Below are positions 37,786-46,188 of a stretch of 64,000 nt of DNA, piece by piece (position 1 is the stretch's first letter; each line of letters opens with the position of its first letter). Below the pieces are notes generated by a model. It searched no databases, had not been told where the DNA came from, and was given only the letters and a program-made list of their open reading frames with translations. Source of the DNA: an uncultured Acidobacteriaceae bacterium (GTDB taxonomy: Bacteria; Acidobacteriota; Terriglobia; Terriglobales; Acidobacteriaceae); the NCBI GenBank assembly GCA_963765995.1, contig CAVXYT010000023.1:6995-70994 (forward strand), given 5' to 3'. The translations under genes and the position numbers were made by a program.

Positions 37786-38200
37786 TTTGAACATCTTGAT
37801 CGCGCTCACGGATCCCGAGCACCAGCATCATCAGAAGGCGCGAAACTGGCTCACTTCTTCCGTTGCAGGGCGATTGGGCATTTGCCCTTTGACGGAGGCG
37901 GGATTTTTACGCGTGACGACGAATCCCGTATTCCACCCCGGCCCACGTACTTTGGAGCAAGCAATCGCCATTCTTCAGGCTCTCAAGGAACGTGATGACT
38001 ATTGGTATTGTCCGATCGACAGAAGCTGGGTCGAACTCACCGCTCCGTTCGCCGCGCGCATCTTCGGCCATCAACAGGTGACCGATGCTTATCTTTTAGG
38101 GCTTGCGATCAAAGAGAAAGGTGTGTTGGTCACCTTCGACAAGGGCATCCAATATATGGCGGGCGCGGAGTTCAGCCAGAACGTTCTGGTCCTCGAATAG
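37763..38200 (+). CDS. vapC: VapC-type PIN-domain ribonuclease toxin
   Basis: LLDLNILIAL, CPLTEAGFLR, QVTDAYLLGLA, LVTFD acidic PIN motifs. Confidence 0.9.
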   Translation: MILKSLLDLNILIALTDPEHQHHQKARNWLTSSVAGRLGICPLTEAGFLRVTTNPVFHPGPRTLEQAIAILQALKERDDYWYCPIDRSWVELTAPFAARIFGHQQVTDAYLLGLAIKEKGVLVTFDKGIQYMAGAEFSQNVLVLE

Positions 38201-38229
38201 AAAGACGTGGAGTATACGGAACGTGCGGC

Positions 38230-38526
38230 TCAGACGGTGTAGGCGCCGATGCGGACCTCGCGGCTGGTGAGCTGGTCGCAGGCGCGGTCCAGGGTTTCGT
38301 ATTCCTGGTCGTGGTCCTTGCGGAAGGCGCGGAAGGCCTCTTCGCTGGCCCAGCGGTCGATGGTCAGGTAGCTGCCGGGGATGTAGGCGTCGCGCAGCAA
38401 CTCGGTGCCCTGGTAACCGGGCGAGGTGCGGAACAATTGCGCCCACGAGCCCTCGGACGAATAGGCGGCCTCAAAGCCGGCAATCTTCTCTTCGGCAACC
38501 TCGAACTGCCAAACAACGACGAACAT
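38230..38526 (-). CDS. Antibiotic biosynthesis monooxygenase (ABM) family protein
   Basis: MFVVVWQFEV...FE.AY...PGYQGTELLRD...YLTIDRWASEEAF. Confidence 0.8.
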   Translation of the reverse strand: MFVVVWQFEVAEEKIAGFEAAYSSEGSWAQLFRTSPGYQGTELLRDAYIPGSYLTIDRWASEEAFRAFRKDHDQEYETLDRACDQLTSREVRIGAYTV

Positions 38527-38582
38527 GCGCGTTTCCAATCTTGTCTTTATGGTAGCGCAGCGGGAGTGCGAAGGCGAAGGCC

Positions 38583-41351
38583 TCAGATCTTTTGTAAATT
38601 GGCGAACTTTTCCATCAGCTTTTTCACTCCGTGGCGGGAGAAGAGGATAGTGAGCTTGGCGCCTTCGCCGTCGCCTTCGCGCAGGAGGATGGCGCCTTCT
38701 CCGTACTTCGCATGGCGGACGTGCTGACCTTATTTCAGGCCGGTCGCGCCTTTTGGCTGCGGAAGATCGATGGCCGGACGGGCGAGAGTGCCGGGCTTGA
38801 TAGCTCCGCCCTTACCACCAAAGAAGCGTGCGATGTTGTCGATGGAATCAGGCTGTGCCTCCGCGCCTCCGTCTTTCGCCGTCTCCGCGCTTTTGCGCGA
38901 GGGGCTCGCTTCGTGGCTTGCCGCTGGGGCTTTGGCGGTCATCCAGGAGGCGACAAAGGGCTTGGAGGAGGAGCCATTCGCGCCCGCGCCGTAGCTCTTA
39001 TTTCCGCTGGGCGTGAATCCCTTGGCGGGTGAACGCGGGGCTTCCTGGTTTTCGTCTTCGTAGTTGTAGTGACGGTCGGCGAAGTCGCCGGAGTGAGCGT
39101 GGCGGCGGGATGCGCCCGATCGGGAGCCTGCGCTGGTATAGCCGGGAGTGGACCACACTGGGCTGCGTCCGCCGAGGTTTTCGATCAACCGGTTGGGGAC
39201 TTCTTCGAGGAAGCGGGAGGGGATGCTCATCTCCGGGGCGTCGTTTCCGTAGCGGCGGCGGTAGTGGGCGCGGGTGAGGATGAGCGAGTTCATGGCGCGG
39301 GTCATGCCGACGTAGCAGAGACGGCGCTCCTCTTCTAACTCATCTGGATTGTTGAGGGTGCGGGAGTGGGGAAACAGGCCCTCCTCCAGTCCTGCAAGAA
39401 AGACCAGCGAAAACTCCAGGCCCTTGGCGGCGTGCAGGGTCATCAGCGTGACGCGGGCGTCGGGGTCGAACTGGTCGGTGTCGGAGGCCAGAGCGGCGTG
39501 GTCGAGGAACTCGGCCAGAGTCTCGCCGCGGGCTTCGGCGTCGTGCGCGGCGTTGGCCAGCTCCTTCAGGTTTTCAATGCGGCTGAAGGCCTCCGGCGAG
39601 CCTTCGGTCTCCAGAGCTTTGATGTAGCCGGTGCGGTCGAGGAGGAAGCGGATCAGCTCTGGCAGCGTGGCTGCGTCGCCTGGAGTGCGAAAACCCACGA
39701 CCTGTTCTTCGCCGATGGTTGCGGAATCCTCGCTTTCTCTCTTTGAACTGACGGAGTCGGCCGTGGACGCCCCGAACCCGAAGCCGGTGTCCGCGTCCTC
39801 GCCGGATTCCGCGCCGGCGGCCACGTCAGCCGAGAGCTTGCCGGCGAAGTCGGGATCCATCATCGCCTGAGCGTCCAGAATGAGCTGTCTGAAAGACTCA
39901 AGAGCCATCAGCGCCCGCGTGGGGATCAGCCGGTTCTGGATAGCGGCTCCCAGGGCCTCCCAGGTGGAGGCGCCGGTCTCCAGAGCCAGCCGCTCCAGGG
40001 TTTCCAGCGTGGTTTTGCCGATGCCGCGGGCCGGAGTGTTGATGACCCTCTGCAAGGCCATCGAATCGTGGGGGTTGCGGATCAGCCTCAGGTAAGCGAG
40101 CAGGTCCTTGATCTCGGCTCTCTCGTAGAAGCTGAAACCGCCGACCATGGTGTAGGAGATGTTGTAGCGGCGCAGCGCCTCCTCCACCAGCCGGGACTGA
40201 GCATTGGTCCGGTACAACACCGCGCAGTGGGCTTTTTCAGTGGTCTCTCCTCCGGCCGTCTCCGCCTGGCGCAGGAAAGCCTGAATGCGGTCGGCGATAA
40301 ACAGCGCCTCGTTTTCTCCGTCGGGGGCTTCATAGTAGCCGATCAGCGAGCCGCCCTGGCGATCGGTCCACAGCTTCTTGCCCTTGCGCTTGAGGTTGTT
40401 GGCTACCACCGCTCCCGCCGCTTCCAAAATCATCTGCGTGGAGCGGTAGTTCTGCTCCAGGCGCACGATGCGGGCGCTGGGAAAGTCCTTTTCAAACTCC
40501 AGAATGTTGCGGATGTCGGCGCCGCGCCACGAATAAATGCTCTGATCCTCGTCTCCCACCGCGCAGACGTTCTGATGCTCGCCGGCCAGCAGCTTCATCA
40601 GCTCGTACTGAGGCCGGTTGGTGTCCTGGTACTCGTCCACCAACAAATATCTGTACCTGCGCTGGTAGCGCTCTCTCACCTCGGAGGAAACCTTCAGCAG
40701 ACGCACCGCCTCCAGCAGCAGGTCATCGAAATCCAGCGCGTTACACTTGCGCAGTTCGGCCTTGTAGCCCTGGTAGATGTGGGCGATGCGCTCGCTGTTG
40801 GCGTCTTTTGAGGCGAGGTAATACTCCTGGGGATCGACCATGTGGCTCTTGGCCCAGGAGATGCGGCCCAGAACCGCGCGGGGGGTGAGCTGCTTGGTGT
40901 CCAGGCCCATGCGCTTCATGATCTGCTTGACGACAGCCAACTGGTCGTTCTCATCGTAGATGGCAAAGGAGCGGGTCAGGCCGTCACCGGGGTCCCCAGC
41001 GACAGATCCACGTCGCTGGGGTGAATCGTTGCCGACTTTGAGGGCCTCAATGTCACGCCGCAAAATGCGCACGCAGAACGAGTGAAAGGTACAGAGCAGC
41101 GGCCGGGCCAGCGAGGAGTGGCCCAGCAGCCGGTCGACGCGTTCTCCCATCTCGCTGGCGGCCTTGTTGGTGAAGGTGACGGCCAGAATCGAGTCCGGCG
41201 CGACGCCTTTCTCGCGAATTAGCCAGGCAATCCGGCTGGTGATGACGCGGGTCTTCCCCGAGCCGGCCCCGGCCAGAATCAGCAGCGGGCCCTCGGTGGC
41301 CTCCACGGCGGCGCGCTGTTCGGGATTCAGGTTGGAGAGAGGCGGCTGCAA
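38583..41351 (-). CDS. uvrD: UvrD/PcrA helicase; C-terminal Tudor domain separated by an in-frame TAA at 38730-38732
   Basis: LNPEQ, LAGAGSGKTRV, AVTFTNKAA, LVDEYQDTN, VGDEDQSIYSWRGA, LEQNYRST, MTLHAAKGLEF, EEERRLCYVGMTRA; after the stop the frame continues GQHVRHAKYGEG...KKLMEKFANLQKI*. Confidence 0.93.
40989..41023 (-). repeat. 35-bp palindromic repeat family A, inside uvrD
   Basis: CACCCCAGCGACGTGGATCTGTCGCTGGGGACCCC, translated in another frame as SPQRRGSVAGDP. Confidence 0.88.
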
Positions 41352-41589
41352 GGGGCAAGTCCAGGCGGGAAGAGTCCTAGATCTAGTGTACTGGTTAGGG
41401 CGTTGAGAGAGCAGAGTGCCCGCCCAGCAGTGCCCGTCGAGTGCGCCGATGGTTTCCTGTTACGCGACTGTTGACGAGAGAGTAACTACCAAGTGGCCGG
41501 TGATACACCCGGAACGAATATTTGCCAGTGGCCATCCTGTAACCGTCCCTTCTTGCTCGACCCCGCGTTGGGGTTTACACTCGCTACCA

Positions 41590-42270
41590 ATGATCTTTCT
41601 AGTCGCTTGGCTGGCACTCACCGTTCTCTACGTTCTCGGCGGGATGTGGGTGTACCTGCGAAAGGCGAGAACACACCAGCTCAGGAAGAGAATCTCCGTA
41701 GTCTTGCTTCTTCTGTTCCTGATAGCCATGTTGCCCATCCAGTGCCTGACCGAATATTCAATTTCCCTCTCATTTGGGCCAGTCTTGATTCTGGGTTTGT
41801 CTCTCGGAGCTTGCTTCCTGGAAGAAATCCTCGTTTGGCGGGAGGGTCGCGTATTTGGGCTGGCAGGAATTCCCGGACTTGTTGCAGCACTGACCTTATT
41901 TGTCGGCCTTTTCTTTACGAGCGGCGGTATTTTTGATCCGGCTGGAACTGCGTCACTCTCCCCGTTCATGTCGGGAAGACTTTCCCCGGTCTTGTCCTAT
42001 CGCATAACAGTCGGTCAAAGCATTATTGGTGCCGATACGATTTACAGGTACGAGATCTACAAGAATCCACTTCGGTTCCCATTTGTCCAGAGACGCATTC
42101 AGAGCGAATCGGTCCCGTTGGGGTGTATGGACCCGGATGGCATCGCGTCCCACCGCATCGTCCCTGAGATTAGCCTTGGCCCAGACGCGAAGACCTTGCA
42201 TCTGACGTGCGCGTACCCGGACAGCGAGATTCGCCCAGATACTAGCGTGGACGTCAGACTCCAGAATTGA
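41590..42270 (+). CDS. Hypothetical membrane protein
   Basis: Four hydrophobic segments then a soluble C-terminal domain. Confidence 0.55.
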   Translation: MIFLVAWLALTVLYVLGGMWVYLRKARTHQLRKRISVVLLLLFLIAMLPIQCLTEYSISLSFGPVLILGLSLGACFLEEILVWREGRVFGLAGIPGLVAALTLFVGLFFTSGGIFDPAGTASLSPFMSGRLSPVLSYRITVGQSIIGADTIYRYEIYKNPLRFPFVQRRIQSESVPLGCMDPDGIASHRIVPEISLGPDAKTLHLTCAYPDSEIRPDTSVDVRLQN

Positions 42271-42345
42271 ATTTCTCCCTATATTGTCGCCAAGTGGGAA
42301 GTAACCCCGTTTTCCGCCCATTGTCCGTTTGGCGGTGATACGGTC

Positions 42346-42703
42346 TCAGGACCACTCTGAGCAGCCGAGAATCCGTGCAGTCAGAAAGAGAATTCCAATA
42401 AGGAGCCAGAGCACTATTGTGCGAACAAACCAAATTCCCGTTCGATCATTACACTCAGGGTTGGCCGGATCATAGCGCAAAGGGAGAGTGTCCCCTTCAC
42501 ACCACGGCTTACTCCAGTGGAATTCAGCTAGGACTTCGTGGGAATTGGCTAAGTAACGAACCTGAATGGAATAGTTCGAAACTCCCAAGTACAATTCGCC
42601 GGCCCACCATTCAGCCGGAATGCAGGCCAACACTATGGCCTCAGTCTCAATCCAGGATCTGCGTCGAAATTGTGATCTCCAGAAGGCCCAAGCATTCATG
42701 TTC
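42346..42703 (-). CDS. DUF3592-like small membrane protein
   Basis: W.ETEA.V...VRY...G..LPLRYDPANPE, then a C-terminal TM helix; start uncertain. Confidence 0.5.
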
Positions 42704-42834
42704 CAAGAGTATGGCACAACTCCATTCACTCCGACGCGAATCCGTGGAGTTGCCTCGATCTTCACTATGTCCGGTTTGTCAGCAAACCGGAGATTACCAC
42801 TCGATAAACAACATAGAGACAGCCAGTCGGATTA

Positions 42835-43398
42835 CTATGGAACTCGGGCCTTCGGTGGCAGCAGCCAAAGCACTGCAACGATCCCGATCAGTGCCAGAGA
42901 GGCAACAGGCCGGAAGTAGGCCACGGGAATCGCAGTGAGATAAAGCGAAACGGAGGCTATCTGTTTGCCCCAGCTTGCGTGCGCGGGTGCCGCACTCTGC
43001 GATCGTACCTGGATCCACAGCGCCATATATCCGAGCCCCGGAAAAATGCTGACTGCAGCATAGAGCGCGGTGGTGAACGACGACAGCCCCTTGACGCCAA
43101 TCCAGTTAGTCGCAAACGGAAACAGCGAGAGGCAAAAGAGAAACACCAGGTTGGCCCACAAAATACCATGGCTGACCGTCTCCACCTCATCGATGAGGTA
43201 GTGATGGTTCACCCAGTAAATTCCGATCTGCACGAAGGTGAGCAGGTAGAGGAAGATGGTAGGCAGCACTACGAGCAGACCGGCTAAGCCGTCCGGCCCC
43301 GGTACCTTCAGCTCCAGCACCATTATGGTGATGATGACAGCAATGACGCCGTCGGAGAACGCCTCTAGACGTGCCGGACTAAGGCCTTTTCTGCTCAT
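42835..43398 (-). CDS. TMEM175 (DUF1211) family K+ channel
   Basis: RLEAFSDGVIAVIITIMVLEL, IGIYWVNHH, CLSLFPFAT. Confidence 0.92.
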   Translation of the reverse strand: MSRKGLSPARLEAFSDGVIAVIITIMVLELKVPGPDGLAGLLVVLPTIFLYLLTFVQIGIYWVNHHYLIDEVETVSHGILWANLVFLFCLSLFPFATNWIGVKGLSSFTTALYAAVSIFPGLGYMALWIQVRSQSAAPAHASWGKQIASVSLYLTAIPVAYFRPVASLALIGIVAVLWLLPPKARVP

Positions 43399-43493
43399 TC
43401 TGATTCCAACTTAGCACGGAGCCCGGTTCTCCATCTCCAAAAACGACATGAGTGTCGATTAATTTTGTACCCAGCATTTATCCTGTAGAGACT

Positions 43494-44054
43494 ATGCCCA
43501 CTTCCCATCAACGTCATCGTCGCGTGGCGGTTTTCTGCGGATCGTCCGACGGAACCAATCCCGCATTTGTTGCCGAGGCTCGTGCGTTGGGCGCTGCCGT
43601 CGCTGCCGCCGGGCTGGGGCTGGTCTATGGCGGGGCGTGCGTGGGGCTGATGGGCGCGGTGGCCGATGCGGCGCTGGCCGCCGGCGCTGAAGTAATCGGC
43701 GTGCTGCCCGCGGTGCTGAACGGCCGCGAGATTGAGCACACCGGGCTGACCACGCTCGAACTGGTGCCCTCCATGCACGCGCGCAAGGCGCGCCAGGTTG
43801 AGCTGGCCGATGCGTTTCTGGTGTTGCCGGGCGGCTACGGCACCATGGACGAGATGGTCGAGGTGGTGACCTGGGCGCAACTCGGCCTGCACGCGAAGCC
43901 CTGCATCCTGATCAACACCGCCGGGTACTGGAACGGGCTGCTGGCCTTTCTCGACACTGCGGTTGCAGCGGGGTTCGTAAAGCCGCAGAACCGGAGGCTG
44001 GTGCAAGTGGTAGCCAACGCGCAAGAGGCGGTGGGGATGGTGGTTAGGGGCTAG
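43494..44054 (+). CDS. LOG family phosphoribohydrolase (TIGR00730-like)
   Basis: VAVFCGSS, LVYGG..VGLMGAVA, MHARK, LPGGYGTMDE, NTAGYW. Confidence 0.93.
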   Translation: MPTSHQRHRRVAVFCGSSDGTNPAFVAEARALGAAVAAAGLGLVYGGACVGLMGAVADAALAAGAEVIGVLPAVLNGREIEHTGLTTLELVPSMHARKARQVELADAFLVLPGGYGTMDEMVEVVTWAQLGLHAKPCILINTAGYWNGLLAFLDTAVAAGFVKPQNRRLVQVVANAQEAVGMVVRG

Positions 44055-44174
44055 CTGCGCTCGACAGGGCCGTTTTCACCTCCACGGCGGAATTCGCGCG
44101 CCTGTTTGCGGATAATTACTGTCCCTCGTCGCACAATCAATACATGAACAAGGTCCAGAGTCACGTGCACTTCC

Positions 44175-44198
44175 TGACCACTGACCACTGATCACTGA
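44175..44198. repeat. Single heptamer repeat arm in the LOG-trpC spacer
   Basis: TGACCAC TGACCAC TGATCAC TGA. Confidence 0.7.
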
Positions 44199-44468
44199 AA
44201 GCTGGGTACCCCCCCACCCCCCCTACCCCAGGGGGGTATAAATTTCCCCTGAAACCTTGCAGATTATTTCTAACCCGTTTGTAATCAATGCCTGTTGAAA
44301 ACTTTTCGCCCCCAAATTCTCCCGCATGGTGAGATTTGACCCCTGAAAATCACCGGAAAAATCCGATTTTCGCCTAAATAAAAAACCCTAAAGCGTCGCT
44401 CCATGGCCTTTCCGCTAACTTGCCGGAGGCCTTGCGCTTCGGACTTTTCCGTATACTCATCGCAGAGT

Positions 44469-45278
44469 ATGTCTACTCACCTCGACAAAATTCTGGCCGC
44501 GACGCGCGCCACAGTGGCCGCGGCAAAGGCGCATCTTCCCATCGCGGAGCTGGAGCGGCTGGCCGCCGCGCACCAGCCGCGCGGTTGGGCTGCGTCCTTG
44601 CGGCGGCAGGCGGCCGCGGGCTTTGCCGTCATCGCCGAGATCAAGAAAGCCTCGCCCTCCAAAGGACTGATTCGCGCGGAGTTCGACGCGGCGCAACTTG
44701 CCCGGAGCTACTTCGCCGGCGGCGCGGCGGCGCTGTCGGTGCTGACCAACGAGCCGTTCTTTCAGGGCAGCCTGCGCAACCTCGAGCTGGCTTCGGCGGC
44801 AGTTCCGCTGCCCTGCCTACGCAAGGACTTTACGGTGGACGAGTACCAGATCGTGGAGGCGCGCGCGCACCACGGGGATGCGATTTTGCTCATTGCCGCC
44901 GCGCTTAGCGATGGCGAACTTCAGCGTTTTGCCGCAACCACGCACGCTCTTTCACTCGACGTGCTGGTCGAGGTGCACACGGCTGCCGAGCTTGATCGCG
45001 TGCTCTCGGCGCTGGGCGAAACCGGCGCCGACGCCATCGGCGTGAACAACCGCGACCTTGGAACATTTGATGTCCGTCTGGAAACCTCGCTCGAACTGGT
45101 GCAGCGGATTCCGCCCGCCGTGGTGCGCGTGGCCGAGAGCGGCCTTAAAGCGCCTGAAGACCTGGCGCGGCTGCGCGCGGCGGGCTTCGACGCCTTTCTG
45201 ATTGGCGAGAGCCTGATGCGCCAGCCCGATCCCGGCGCGGCGCTCAAGGCGCTGCTGACTGGAGTCCAAGCGCGATGA
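44469..45278 (+). CDS. trpC: Indole-3-glycerol phosphate synthase
   Basis: VIAEIKKASPSKGLIR, LSVLTNEPFFQGS, LRKDF.VDEYQ, GVNNRDL, VAESG, FLIGESLMR. Confidence 0.97.
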   Translation: MSTHLDKILAATRATVAAAKAHLPIAELERLAAAHQPRGWAASLRRQAAAGFAVIAEIKKASPSKGLIRAEFDAAQLARSYFAGGAAALSVLTNEPFFQGSLRNLELASAAVPLPCLRKDFTVDEYQIVEARAHHGDAILLIAAALSDGELQRFAATTHALSLDVLVEVHTAAELDRVLSALGETGADAIGVNNRDLGTFDVRLETSLELVQRIPPAVVRVAESGLKAPEDLARLRAAGFDAFLIGESLMRQPDPGAALKALLTGVQAR

Positions 45279-45955
45279 GCATCTGGATAAAAATCTGCGC
45301 CAATACCTCGCTCGAGGACGCGCTGCTGGCCGCTGAAGCCGGAGCGGACGCGGTAGGATTCGTCTTTGCGCCCAGCCCGCGCAGGGTGACAGCGGTCCAG
45401 GTCGCGGCCATCGTTCCGCATCTGCCGGCAACCGTCGAGAAGATCGGCGTTTTTGTCGACGCCGCGCTGGATGAGATCGTCTCCACGGTTCAAGCCTGTG
45501 GCCTGACCGGCGTGCAACTCCATTTCGACGCGGACCCCGAGCTGCCGGCCAGACTCCACGAGCGCCTGGGGCCGGAACTGCGCATCCTGCGCGTGGTGCA
45601 CTTTGGCGCGGAAACTGCCGGGCGGTATGCTGCCCAGTTCGCCGAGCACGCCCGGAACCCGCACGTGGATGCAGTGCTGGTAGACGCGCGGACTGCCTCT
45701 GCCGTTGGCGGGACGGGCGTGACCTTTAACTGGGCCGAGGCGCGCAAAGCGCTCTTTCAAAACGCGGAAGCGCGGAAGCGACTCATCGCCGCCGGCGGGC
45801 TCAACCCTGCCAACGTGGCCGCAGCCATCGCCGCGCTGCACCCCTGGGGCGTGGACGTAGCCTCCGGCGTTGAAGCCGCGCCGGGCCGCAAGGACCCGGC
45901 CAAAGTGCGGGAGTTTGTGGCCCGCACAAAGATGGCGACTCGCGAGATGGCGTGA
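45275..45955 (+). CDS. trpF: Phosphoribosylanthranilate isomerase
   Basis: IKICA.T, GADAVGFVFA.SPRRV, IGVFVD, VQLH, GGTG.TFNW, AGGLNPANV, GVDVASGVE..PGRKD. Confidence 0.96.
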   Translation: MSIWIKICANTSLEDALLAAEAGADAVGFVFAPSPRRVTAVQVAAIVPHLPATVEKIGVFVDAALDEIVSTVQACGLTGVQLHFDADPELPARLHERLGPELRILRVVHFGAETAGRYAAQFAEHARNPHVDAVLVDARTASAVGGTGVTFNWAEARKALFQNAEARKRLIAAGGLNPANVAAAIAALHPWGVDVASGVEAAPGRKDPAKVREFVARTKMATREMA

Positions 45956-46188
45956 CTGAAAAGCCTGCGACCAGGACGAGCCCGAACAACCAATCTGGCG
46001 GCTGATAACTCTCGCGCCCAGTTCCGCCGCCAGCGCTGCCGTGTTATCAGTCGAACCGTCATCAACGACGAACACTTCCTCCGGCTTCAATGTTTGCGAG
46101 AAGACGGACTGAAGGCAGCGCGGCAAAAAGCCGCGGCGTTATTGGCCGGAATGACAACACAGATCTTGTTCACAAACGCCCTGCCATT
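45940..46188 (-). pseudogene. Truncated, frameshifted GT2 glycosyltransferase N-terminus
   Basis: NKICVVIPANNAAAF, a frame change in a 5-T run (about 46125-46129), then LPRCLQSVFSQTLKPEEVFVVDDGSTDNT...; the GT2-like pattern ends after about 60 aa where it meets the trpF 3' end. Confidence 0.75.

Noticed and set aside
6804-38732. TAA reassignment (alternative genetic code) to explain two in-frame stops
   Set aside because: TAA ends well-conserved genes here at the expected places (alr 387-389, typA, glnC-type housekeeping and EPS genes such as 54939-54941), so isolated mutations or errors are more likely
44055-44468. Trp attenuator or tRNA in the long spacer
   Set aside because: No Trp-codon leader ORF and no cloverleaf with T-loop/D-loop consensus; no tRNA or rRNA recognised anywhere in the window
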